A stretch of DNA of 64,000 bases from Nitrosopumilus sp. GTDB taxonomy: Archaea; Thermoproteota; Nitrososphaeria; Nitrososphaerales; Nitrosopumilaceae. Where the stretch lies: contig OY759726.1 in assembly GCA_963662625.1 (NCBI GenBank), forward strand, positions 544,001-608,000, given 5' to 3'. Within the stretch, counting starts at the first letter, position 1. The number at the start of each line of letters is the position of its first letter. Position numbers and translations under genes: made by a program. Of this stretch, positions 1 through 8,866 are shown piece after piece. The notes beneath the pieces were generated by a model that saw nothing but the letters and a program-made list of their open reading frames with translations, was not told where the DNA came from and did not search any database.

Positions 1-2
1 TC

Positions 3-1556
3 GTGCCGCACCATTCCGCGCGCGAGGAGTTCGGCTCGGGGGCGGTGATGGTGTGCAGTTACGGCGACCAGAACGACGTGGCGCTGTTCAGGGAGCTCGG
101 CCTCGAGGAGGTGGTGGCCATCGGCCTGGACGGCAGGATGACGGGCGCCGCCGGGCGGTACGCCGGGCTCAGGCCGAAACAGGCGCGCGCCAGGGTCATC
201 GAGGACCTGGAGAGGGACGGGCTGGTAGAGAAGGTGGAGGAGATAGTGCACCGGACTCCGGTGTCCGAGAGGAGCAAGACCCCGATAGAGATAATCCCGA
301 TGGAGGAGTACTACATGAGGCAGAAGGACCGCGTCGGGAGGATCAGGGAGATCGGGGAGCAGGTCGTGTTCCACCCCGCGATGCACAGGCAGATCCTGAT
401 GAACTGGCTGGAGTCGATCAGCATAGACTGGCCCATATCCAGGAGGAGGTTCTACGGCACCGAGATACCCGTGTGGCGCTGCAGGGGCTGCTCGGAGCCC
501 CACGTCCCCGAGCCCGGGAGGTACTACAGGCCGTGGCTCGAGGAGTGCCCCGCGCGGGAGTGCCCAAAGTGCGGCTCCGGCGAGTTCGAGGGGGAGGAGA
601 GGACGTTCGACACCTGGATGGACTCCAGCGTCTCGCCCCTGTTCGTGTCAAGGTACGGCAGGGACGGCGAGTTCTTCGGGAGGACGTACCCGGCGTCCAT
701 ACGCCCGCAGTCAAAGGACATCGTCCGGACGTGGCTCTACTACACCCTCCTCAGGTGCGAGGGGCTGACCGGCGAGAAGCCGTGGGGCGAGGCGTGGATA
801 ATGGGGTACGGCCTCGACGAGAGGGGGATGAAGATGAGCAAGAGCAAGGGCAACGCGATAGACCCGCTCCCCGTCATAGAGAGGCTCGGCGCCGACGCCT
901 TCAGGTTCTGGGGGGCAAGCGAGGTCAACCACGGGTACGACTTTAGGTGCAGCGAGCAGAAGATAGAGTCCTCCAAGAAGTTCCTCAGCAAGCTGTGGAA
1001 CGTCTCGAGACTCCTGTCGAGCTTCCCGGCGCCCGCCGGCGCGGAGCCGTCGGCGACGGACAGGTGGATCCTGTCCGAGCTGGACGGCCTGGTGGCGGAG
1101 TGCGGGAAGGGGTACGGCGAGTACAACTTCTTCGTCCCCGCCATAGCCATAAGGGAGTTCACGTGGAACGTCTTTGCGGCGCACTACATCGAGATGGTGA
1201 AGGCCCGCGCGTACGGGGACGGCTTCACGGACGCCGAGAGGGACGCCGCGAGGGCCACCATGCACAGGGTGCTCTCCACGATCCTGAGGCTGCTGGCCCC
1301 GATCGCGCCGTTCATCACGGAGTACCTCTGGAGGGAACTGTACTCCGACGAGAGCATCCACGTGCAGCGCCAGGCCGAGGCGGGGCAGTCGGAGGATCTC
1401 TCGGCGGTCACCAGGGAGATCGCCGCGTTCAACTCCAGGGTGTGGAACGAGAAAAAGTCCAGGGGCCTCTCGCTGAAGGACCCGGTGGAGGCCGACGTCC
1501 CGGAGAGCCTGGGGGCGTACGGGAGCGACCTCAGGGCCATGCACAACCTGCGGTAG
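3..1556 (+). CDS. valS: valine--tRNA ligase (C-terminal part; gene starts before the window)
   Basis: KMSKS signature, DWPISRRRFYG and DTWMDSS motifs of class Ia Val/Ile synthetases. Confidence 0.9.
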   Translation: MPHHSAREEFGSGAVMVCSYGDQNDVALFRELGLEEVVAIGLDGRMTGAAGRYAGLRPKQARARVIEDLERDGLVEKVEEIVHRTPVSERSKTPIEIIPMEEYYMRQKDRVGRIREIGEQVVFHPAMHRQILMNWLESISIDWPISRRRFYGTEIPVWRCRGCSEPHVPEPGRYYRPWLEECPARECPKCGSGEFEGEERTFDTWMDSSVSPLFVSRYGRDGEFFGRTYPASIRPQSKDIVRTWLYYTLLRCEGLTGEKPWGEAWIMGYGLDERGMKMSKSKGNAIDPLPVIERLGADAFRFWGASEVNHGYDFRCSEQKIESSKKFLSKLWNVSRLLSSFPAPAGAEPSATDRWILSELDGLVAECGKGYGEYNFFVPAIAIREFTWNVFAAHYIEMVKARAYGDGFTDAERDAARATMHRVLSTILRLLAPIAPFITEYLWRELYSDESIHVQRQAEAGQSEDLSAVTREIAAFNSRVWNEKKSRGLSLKDPVEADVPESLGAYGSDLRAMHNLR

Positions 1557-1563
1557 GCGCCCG

Positions 1564-2178
1564 TCAGGACGCGGAGCCGGCCATCGACGCGAAGTACTTG
1601 TGGAGCGCCACGTCGCCGGCAAGCTCCGGGTGGAACGCTGTCCCGATCACGTTGCCCTCCTTGACGGCGACCGCCGCGTCCCCGAGCCTGGACAGCACCT
1701 GGACGCCCTGCCCAGTGGACGCTATGGACGGCGCGCGGATGAAGACGCCGTTGAACCGCGGGATCCCGATCGGGTCCATGGACACGTCCGCCTCGAACGA
1801 GCTGTTCTGCCGCCCGAACGAGTTCCTCTCGATCCTCGCGTCGAGCACCTCGAGCAGCGGCTGCTGCACGTTCCCCACCACCCTGTCGCTGGCGGAGCTT
1901 GACAGCAGTATCAGGCCGGCGCATATCCCCATGACGGGCATGCCGCCCTCCACCCTCTCCTTGATCGCCTTCAGCGAGCCGTTGGCGAGGGACATCCGGC
2001 CCACCGTGGTGCTCTCCCCGCCGGGGATTATCAGGCCGTCCAGCCCGCCTATCTCGGCGGGGGCCGCGACGGCCGAGACGCTCCCCTCCATGCCGAGCTC
2101 GACGAGCGCCTGCCTGGCCGACCGGACGTTTTCTTGCACGTCGCCCTGCATGGCCAGCACGCCGATGTCCACGCTCAT
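1564..2178 (-). CDS. pdxT: pyridoxal 5'-phosphate synthase glutaminase subunit
   Basis: [13 protein letters not shown] start (ATGA overlap with pdxS stop), PGGESTT, GICAGLI and FHPEL motifs. Confidence 0.95.
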   Translation of the reverse strand: MSVDIGVLAMQGDVQENVRSARQALVELGMEGSVSAVAAPAEIGGLDGLIIPGGESTTVGRMSLANGSLKAIKERVEGGMPVMGICAGLILLSSSASDRVVGNVQQPLLEVLDARIERNSFGRQNSSFEADVSMDPIGIPRFNGVFIRAPSIASTGQGVQVLSRLGDAAVAVKEGNVIGTAFHPELAGDVALHKYFASMAGSAS

Positions 2179-3143
2179 GCCGAGCCCCCGCGCTCCTGCA
2201 TCCTCAGCTCCAGGGCGTCCGTGTCGAGTCCCAGCATGGACTGCCTCTCGTCGATCATCTTCTGCGCCTCCCTTACCTTGTCGGGCTCGTTCCAGAACGT
2301 GGTGGCCAGCACCACCGAGCGCGCGCGCTCCCGGGCGTCCTCGGCGTTGAAGATCCCGGAGCCGACGAATATCCCGTCGCACCCTAGCGACATCAGGTAC
2401 GCGGCGTCTGCCGGGGTCGCCACCCCCCCGGCCGCGAAGTTCACCACGGGCAGCCTCCCTATCCTGGCGGTCTCCGCCACCAGGTCGTACGGGACCCTGA
2501 ACTCCCTCGCCATCCGGACCAGGCCCTGGCTGTCCCCCGAGTCGTACACCGCCTTGGCGGCCCTCAGGCCGTCGTTTACCTTCTTGATGTGGGTCACGGC
2601 CTCGGCCACGTTGCCCGTGCCGGGCTCGCCCTTGGTCCGGATCATCGCGGCGCCCTCCTCGATCCTCCTGAGCGCCTCGGCCAGCGACCTCGCGCCGTTC
2701 ACGAAGGGCGTGGTAAAGTCCCACTTCCATATGTGGTGGTTCTCGTCCGCCGGCGTGAGCACCTCCGACTCGTCTATCATGTCGACGTCGGTCTCGGCCA
2801 GCACCCTCGCCTCGTACACGTGCCCTATCCTGCACTTTGCCATCACCGGGATCGTCACCGAGTCCATTATCTCCTCGATCACCCTGATGCTCGCGGTCCT
2901 GGCCACGCCGCCGGCCTTCCTGACGTCCGACGGCAGCTTGTCGAGCACCATCACGGAGACGGCGCCGGCCTCCTCGGCGATGCGGGCCTGCTCCGCCGTG
3001 GTGACGTCCATCACGACGCCGTTCTTCAGCATGTGCGCGAACCCCCTCTTCAGCGTTGACGTGCCGCGGGAGCTCTTCTGCCCCCCCGACTCCCCGGCCA
3101 GTATCCCCCGGGCGTCCTTCCGTTCGCCTGAAAGAGGAATCAT
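2175..3143 (-). CDS. pdxS: pyridoxal 5'-phosphate synthase lyase subunit
   Basis: [26 protein letters not shown] and [13 protein letters not shown] motifs. Confidence 0.97.
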   Translation of the reverse strand: MIPLSGERKDARGILAGESGGQKSSRGTSTLKRGFAHMLKNGVVMDVTTAEQARIAEEAGAVSVMVLDKLPSDVRKAGGVARTASIRVIEEIMDSVTIPVMAKCRIGHVYEARVLAETDVDMIDESEVLTPADENHHIWKWDFTTPFVNGARSLAEALRRIEEGAAMIRTKGEPGTGNVAEAVTHIKKVNDGLRAAKAVYDSGDSQGLVRMAREFRVPYDLVAETARIGRLPVVNFAAGGVATPADAAYLMSLGCDGIFVGSGIFNAEDARERARSVVLATTFWNEPDKVREAQKMIDERQSMLGLDTDALELRMQERGGSA

Positions 3144-3453
3144 GGCAGCTGTAGGGCCCGGAGGCTATTTGTACCTATACTTGGTTGCCGTGATCCGCCC
3201 GATTTGATCAGCGCCGGGCGGGGCGCGCCCCCAAGGGGGCGCTGCAAACAGCGGCGTCCGGGGTCGCCCGTCCGGCGGCAAGCGTGGCACATAAGCGGGG
3301 AGCGCGGCGTCCGGCGAACGCGTGGAAACGCGAACGGCGCCGCCTGCCGGGCCGCGCGGGCCGGCCATCTGCAGCGCCGCCCTTTTCAGTTTCGTCGCCA
3401 GGATCAGGGCCTGTGCTTCCAGCCGCCGCGTGCGCCATGTGCGAGGGTGGCGC

Positions 3454-3987
3454 CTATTCGCTTACGTCGTCGATTATCCGGTCCAGGTAGGCCTCCACCA
3501 TGGTGATTATCGGCGGTATGAACTTCTCCGTGGCGCCCTGCTCGGGCCAGTGGATCTGGTTGGTCTGGCCGTTGAGCGTGATCTTCACGCTGGACTTTTG
3601 GTACTCGGTGACGTTCTCCATTATCGGGAACGGCTCGGCGGGGATGGTGATGAAGCCGGTCTCCTTGACTATCGCCTTCAGCCTCTCCAGCCTCTCCTTG
3701 CCCAGCGCGGACTCGACCGGGGGCCGCAGGTCGCCGCCCTCGGTGGCGGTGTAGGTGAGCCTGCCGTCCGGCTTTATCACCAGGATCTCGGTCTTGCTGG
3801 CCGCGGTGCGCTCGGTTATGCCAAACGACACCTTTTGCAGCTGGTGCCTGGTGTACTCGAACTCTATGGTGTCGCTCGGGTTGGCCGCGGAGAACGGGAC
3901 CTCGGTCTTGGTGACCAGCGGGACGGCAATCAGGAGTGCGGCTATGGCCGGGATTGCCCCCAGGGCCAGCAGGACGGGTCTTACCAT
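3454..3987 (-). CDS. hypothetical membrane-anchored protein
   Basis: N-terminal hydrophobic helix followed by a soluble domain; coding-like composition. Confidence 0.75.
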   Translation of the reverse strand: MVRPVLLALGAIPAIAALLIAVPLVTKTEVPFSAANPSDTIEFEYTRHQLQKVSFGITERTAASKTEILVIKPDGRLTYTATEGGDLRPPVESALGKERLERLKAIVKETGFITIPAEPFPIMENVTEYQKSSVKITLNGQTNQIHWPEQGATEKFIPPIITMVEAYLDRIIDDVSE

Positions 3988-4137
3988 GGCGATCTTGTCG
4001 GGTATGGTTGCACGCTATTGCAAATAAGTCTTGGTCGGCGGGGGATCCCGCGCCCGGCGCGCCCCCCGGCGCGCGCCGGGAGGCCCCGCGCGGCGCTAAA
4101 AATAACTTAAAATTCGGGTGGTGTCAACGGTGTACGT

Positions 4138-4286
4138 GGGGTCGTAGCCTAGCCTGGCAGGGCGACAGTGCGAAGAGATCACCGCTAAGGGCTCCAGAGG
4201 TAAGCTAAGCTGAACTGACCGAGGGATGATGTGAGTTTGGAGCTGTAGTGACCCGTAGGTCGCCGGTTCGATTCCGGTCGGCCCCA
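4138..4286 (+). tRNA. tRNA-Trp(CCA) with two introns (4167-4188 and 4198-4250)
   Basis: GGGGTCG/CGGCCCC acceptor stem, GGTTCGATTCC T-arm; removing the two introns gives anticodon arm ACGGG-CT-CCA-GA-CCCGT. Confidence 0.88.
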
Positions 4287-4288
4287 CG

Positions 4289-6565
4289 TTATGCTTTATC
4301 CTGCCTGTCCCTCAGGACGTTCAGCGCCGAGCCGGCCCTGAACCACCCGATCTGGGAGCGGTTGTAGGAGTGCCGCAGCCGGATCTCCTCCGAGGCGCCG
4401 TCGGCGTGGCCGATCACGCACTGGACTGCCCTGCCCGGCTCGAGCCCGTCGAGCCCCAGGAGGCTCATCCTGTCGCCCTCGAGTATCCGGTCATAGTCTC
4501 CCGGGTCCTCGAAGGTGAGCGCGAGGATCCCCTGCTTCTTCAGGTTCGTCTCGTGTATCCTGGCGAAGCTCTTCGTGATCACGGCGGCGCACCCCAGGTG
4601 GCGCGGGCTCATCGCCGCGTGCTCCCTGCTGCTGCCCTCGCCGTAGTTCTCGTCGCCCACTATGACCCACCGCACGCCCTCCTCCTTGTACTGCCTGGCG
4701 GTCTCGGAGAACGGCCCCGCGGAGCCGGTCAGCACGTTCGTGCCCCTGCCGACCTCCCCGCTGAACGCGTTGACCGCGCCCATCAGCATGTTGTCGCTCA
4801 GGTTGTCGAGGTGGCCCCTGAGCGAGAGCCACGCGCCGGCCGGGGATATGTGGTCCGTGGTGCACTTTCCCCTCGCCTTCACCATGACCGGGGCGGCCTC
4901 TATGTCCCTGCCGTCCCACGGCGGGAACGGCTCCAGCCTCTGCAGCCGCTTGCTCGCGGGATCCACCTCCACCTCGACGCCGTCGGGATCCTCCGCGGGT
5001 GCCACGAAGATCCCCTCGGGCCTCAGGAACCCCCCCTCGGGGACCTCGGGCGCGGGCCCCGGCGGCTCCAGCCTGAACCGGGTGCCGTCGGCGGCGGTCA
5101 GCTCGTCCTTTAGCGGGTTGAACGAGAGCCTGCCCCCAAGGGCCAGGGCGATCACCATCTCCGGGCTTCCGATGAAGTTGAGCGTGTTCCGGCGGCCGTC
5201 GTTCCTGCCGGGAAAGTTCCTGTTGAACGTCGTGACTATCGTGTTCTTCTCGTCCCCCCGGAGCTCGGGCCTGTCCCACTGGCCGATGCACGGGCCGCAG
5301 GCGTTGGCCAGGACCGTGGCCCCGATGTCCTTGAGCGACTCCATCTGCCCGTCGCGCTCTATCGTCCCGCGTATCTGCTCGGATCCCGGGGTCACCAGCA
5401 GGGGGACCTTCGACCTCACCCCCCTGGACTTTGCCTGCCGGGCGAGGCTCGCCGCCCTCGACATGTCCTCGTAGGACGAGTTGGTGCAGCTGCCGACCAG
5501 CGCCACCGATATCGGGTCGACGTAGCCGCCGGACTCCACGTCCCCGGAGAGCTCCGAGATGGTCCTCGCGAGATCCGGCGTGTGCGGCCCCACTATGTGC
5601 GGCTCGAGCTCGGAGAGGTCTATCTCGATCACCCTGTCAAAGAACCTGCCCGGATCCCCCCCTACCTCGGGATCGGCGGCCAGCAGGTCCCTGTTCCTGC
5701 CGGCCAGCCCCGCTATCTCCGCCCTGCCGGTATGCCGCAGGTACGTGTCCATCCGGTCGTCGTACGGGAACACGGAGCACGTCGCGCCGATCTCGGCGCC
5801 CATGTTCGTTATGGTGGCCTTTCCGGTGCAGCTGATCGACCCGGCGCCCGGCCCGAAGTACTCCACGACCGAGTTCGTCCCGCCGGATACCGTGAGCGAC
5901 TCTGCCACCTTCAGGATTATGTCCTTTGGCGCGGTCCACCCGCCCAGCCTGCCGGTGAGGCGCACCCCTATCCTCCTCGGGTAAAGCAGCTCCCACGGCA
6001 TGCCCGCCATGGCCTCCGCCGCGTCAAGCCCGCCGACGCCGATGGCGATCATGGCCAGCCCCCCGGCGTTGGGCGTGTGCGAGTCGGTGCCGATCATCAG
6101 CCCCCCCGGGAACGCGTAGTTCTCCAGCACCACCTGGTGGATTATGCCCGCCCCCGGCTTCCAAAAGCCGCAGCCGTACTTGCTTGCCGCCGACTGGAGG
6201 AACCGGAAGACCTCGCTGTTCTCGTCAAGCGAGGCCCTCATGTCCGCGTCCCCCTCCACCTTCGCCCTGATCAGGTGGTCGCAGTGGACGGTGGTGGGAA
6301 GCGACGCCTGCCTGAGGCCGGCCTGCATGAACTGCAGCATCACCATCTGGCCCGTCACGTCCTGCAACGCGACCCTGTCGGGCCTGAGAAAGACGTAGTC
6401 CTTTCCGCCTTCCGGGGCGGCCTCCGGCAGGGAATGGAGGTGCCCGGAGAGGATCTTCTCGGTCAGCGTGAGCGGGCGGCCGGCGATCCCGCGGTATTTC
6501 CCGGAGTTCTCCCGGAGCCTCCCGTATACCCGCGCCACCATCTCGGGGGTGCTGTCTGTTTCCAC
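4289..6565 (-). CDS. acnA: aconitate hydratase (mitochondrial-type AcnA)
   Basis: HCDH, GTDSHT, VGSCTNSS, ANACGPCIGQW, TTDHISPAG and GSSREHAA motifs; probable GTG start at 6565. Confidence 0.95.
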   Translation of the reverse strand: METDSTPEMVARVYGRLRENSGKYRGIAGRPLTLTEKILSGHLHSLPEAAPEGGKDYVFLRPDRVALQDVTGQMVMLQFMQAGLRQASLPTTVHCDHLIRAKVEGDADMRASLDENSEVFRFLQSAASKYGCGFWKPGAGIIHQVVLENYAFPGGLMIGTDSHTPNAGGLAMIAIGVGGLDAAEAMAGMPWELLYPRRIGVRLTGRLGGWTAPKDIILKVAESLTVSGGTNSVVEYFGPGAGSISCTGKATITNMGAEIGATCSVFPYDDRMDTYLRHTGRAEIAGLAGRNRDLLAADPEVGGDPGRFFDRVIEIDLSELEPHIVGPHTPDLARTISELSGDVESGGYVDPISVALVGSCTNSSYEDMSRAASLARQAKSRGVRSKVPLLVTPGSEQIRGTIERDGQMESLKDIGATVLANACGPCIGQWDRPELRGDEKNTIVTTFNRNFPGRNDGRRNTLNFIGSPEMVIALALGGRLSFNPLKDELTAADGTRFRLEPPGPAPEVPEGGFLRPEGIFVAPAEDPDGVEVEVDPASKRLQRLEPFPPWDGRDIEAAPVMVKARGKCTTDHISPAGAWLSLRGHLDNLSDNMLMGAVNAFSGEVGRGTNVLTGSAGPFSETARQYKEEGVRWVIVGDENYGEGSSREHAAMSPRHLGCAAVITKSFARIHETNLKKQGILALTFEDPGDYDRILEGDRMSLLGLDGLEPGRAVQCVIGHADGASEEIRLRHSYNRSQIGWFRAGSALNVLRDRQDKA

Positions 6566-6724
6566 ACGGTACGGTGGGTTGTGCCGGGATTTAATATTTA
6601 CAGTGCGGCGGGCGGCCCCCGCGGGGCCGGCCCCGCGCCGCCGCGGGTTCTTAACAATTATAAGCCAAAGGCGCTCTTCAAAGTAAGCGTTGACTGCATC
6701 ACCGATCGGGCACGGGGCCCAGGC

Positions 6725-7357
6725 ATGGTAAACAAGGGGTTCCCGAAGTTCGGCATGTCGCAGGCCGGCGCGTACGTCACGGCCCTGAAGAACTACAACC
6801 TCCCCGACTTCATCCTGGAGCTGGTCGCCAAGGAATGCAAGTCCGAGCTGCTGGAGAGGGGGAGGATAGACGACAGGCTCCAGAGCATGAACGACGAGGC
6901 CCTGGAGCTGCTCCACAGGATATTCGTGGACTGCCACGACGACGACGCCGGGAAGTTTGCCCAGTACAGGTTCTACGCGTACGTCTCCAGCATGTACCAC
7001 AAGTGCGAGATCCTGATAAACGAGGCCGTCCCGGGGGCCGCCGGGAAGAACCACAAGATCCAGGTGGCGGTCAAGAACAACAGGATGTACATAGCGGTGG
7101 CGTGCAACAAGGCGACGGGGAACCCCGTGAACAAGAAGGAGGTCGCCAGGTTTTACGGCCTGGTGGACGACATCAAGATGGGCGACCACGGCACGATGCT
7201 GACCGACGCGATATACGGATCCTCGGTGGGCTTCAGGAGCGACGCGCTGGCGGAGCTCGAGAGCCTGAACAAGGCGAGGGCGGACAACCCGGAGAACAAG
7301 CTGGACTTTAAGACCGCGAACTTTGAGAACAACATATACTCCGTGACAAAGTGCTAG
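6725..7357 (+). CDS. hypothetical protein
   Basis: ATG at 6725 (MVNKGFPKFG...), 210 aa with typical codon usage, AT-rich promoter region upstream. Confidence 0.75.
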   Translation: MVNKGFPKFGMSQAGAYVTALKNYNLPDFILELVAKECKSELLERGRIDDRLQSMNDEALELLHRIFVDCHDDDAGKFAQYRFYAYVSSMYHKCEILINEAVPGAAGKNHKIQVAVKNNRMYIAVACNKATGNPVNKKEVARFYGLVDDIKMGDHGTMLTDAIYGSSVGFRSDALAELESLNKARADNPENKLDFKTANFENNIYSVTKC

Positions 7358-7935
7358 GCCCCGTCCCCCCGCAGCTTCAGCCCCGACGTGTTTATGGTGA
7401 GGAATGCCGGCCTGCCCTCCGTCTCCTCAAAGTCGGGGCCGTACTGCTCAAACTCGAGCTGCTCGTAAAAATGCTTGGTCCACACCTCGTGCACCTCCTC
7501 GATGAACTTCCTGCGGCCCATGGCCCGCAGCATCTCGTGGGCGATCTCGTGGGACACCGTGGTGCAGTTCTTCTCCGCCATGAACAGCGTGTCGTGCGGA
7601 TCCTTGGGGGGCTGCCACCAGACGAGCCCGAAGTTCTCCGCGTGGTACCCCTCGCACGTGCAGTCGGTCCAGAAGGGCTTGAAGTGGCACAGGTAAAAGT
7701 GGTACGTGTCCCTCCCCCGCTGCTCGTGGTCGCGCACCATGGTGTGCACGTCGAGCCGCCTGAGGACGCCGCGGGGCCTCGTGACGAGCTCGTCGCACCT
7801 GACGTCAAAGTCCCTCCCGAACTTTTTCTTGATCCAGGCCTTGTAGAACTGCGCCATCTCCCGGACGTACGCGAACTCGGGGCCGCGCCTCTGGCGGTCC
7901 TCCTCTTTCACCACGAAGATAAAGTGCAGCAGCAT
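7354..7935 (-). CDS. hypothetical protein with HEXXH (zincin-like) motif
   Basis: TVSHEIAHE motif; CTCEGYH segment. Confidence 0.7.
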   Translation of the reverse strand: MLLHFIFVVKEEDRQRRGPEFAYVREMAQFYKAWIKKKFGRDFDVRCDELVTRPRGVLRRLDVHTMVRDHEQRGRDTYHFYLCHFKPFWTDCTCEGYHAENFGLVWWQPPKDPHDTLFMAEKNCTTVSHEIAHEMLRAMGRRKFIEEVHEVWTKHFYEQLEFEQYGPDFEETEGRPAFLTINTSGLKLRGDGA

Positions 7936-7945
7936 GGCGGGGCGG

Positions 7946-8185
7946 CTATGTCTGGCCTTCTATCCCCATCAGCGTGAGGGTCGACCGGATGTTCCCGATC
8001 TTCCTTATCTTCCAGGTGATCGTCTCGCGGAGCTTCTCGACCGTGTCCGACTCGATCTTGGCCAGCATGTCGTAGGCGCCGAAGGTGCCGTGGACCTCCC
8101 TGATCCCTTCGAGCCCCTTCAGCTGCCCGATGATCGCCTCCTCGGAGCCCAGCTCGCAGTTTATCAGGACGTAAGCGGTTGCCAT
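7946..8185 (-). CDS. Lrp/AsnC ligand-binding (RAM) domain protein, stand-alone
   Basis: AYVLIN...EVHGTFGAYD...IRSTLTL pattern; no HTH. Confidence 0.9.
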   Translation of the reverse strand: MATAYVLINCELGSEEAIIGQLKGLEGIREVHGTFGAYDMLAKIESDTVEKLRETITWKIRKIGNIRSTLTLMGIEGQT

Positions 8186-8237
8186 GACTCCCCGCGCACT
8201 GCCGGGTATATCAACAAACCGATCCGGCGCGCGCCCG

Positions 8238-8663
8238 TCAGCCCCGCGAGATCCGGATTATCTCGTCCCAGATTTCCGGCGGCACTGGCATCACCGACAG
8301 CCTGGAGATCCTGACCAGCTCCCAGTCGCGGAACTTCTCGCTGGCCTTGATCTCGTCGAGGGTGACGGGGCGCCTGAGCGGCTTCTTGTACTTTACGTCC
8401 ACCACTATGAAGCGCTCGTCGTCCTCCTCGGGGTTCGGGTACGGCCCCGACGTCACCTCCATTATCCCCACCGCCCGCCTCTCGCCGCCGGTGTGGTAGA
8501 ACAGAACCTGGTCGCCGGGCCTCATCTCCCGCATGTGCTTCAGCGCGAGGTTGTTGTGCACCCCGTCCCAGACGGTCTTCCCGTCCTTCCTGAGCGACTC
8601 GAAGCTGTACCCCCTCGGGCCGCCCGGTTCCTGCTTCGCGAGCCAGTACCTCCCCAACGGCAC
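8238..8663 (-). CDS. EVE domain protein
   Basis: YWLAKQEP, WDGVHN, M-x-PGDQVLFYH and RLSVMPV motifs. Confidence 0.9.
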   Translation of the reverse strand: MPLGRYWLAKQEPGGPRGYSFESLRKDGKTVWDGVHNNLALKHMREMRPGDQVLFYHTGGERRAVGIMEVTSGPYPNPEEDDERFIVVDVKYKKPLRRPVTLDEIKASEKFRDWELVRISRLSVMPVPPEIWDEIIRISRG

Positions 8664-8866
8664 CCCTTGGGGGGCGGGGGTTTTATGTCTTGTAGTAGGG
8701 TGTCCCCCGGCTCTGACTCGCGCAAGATCATTGGCGTTTAGCCAAAACCTCCCTTGGTTTTATGACCGGGGTGCCCGTGGTGTAGCACGCCTGGGTGAAC
8801 CGGGAATCACCGGAATCAGTACGATCTGCGTCATCCCGGTCCGTCTGCGTGCCTGCTCTTGGGCGC

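Noticed and set aside
6566-7189. N-terminal extension of the aconitase ORF (similar extensions on pdxT, pheT, ychF, ASCH and SNF2 ORFs)
   Set aside because: Stop-free upstream frames caused by high GC; they overlap real neighbouring genes and promoters
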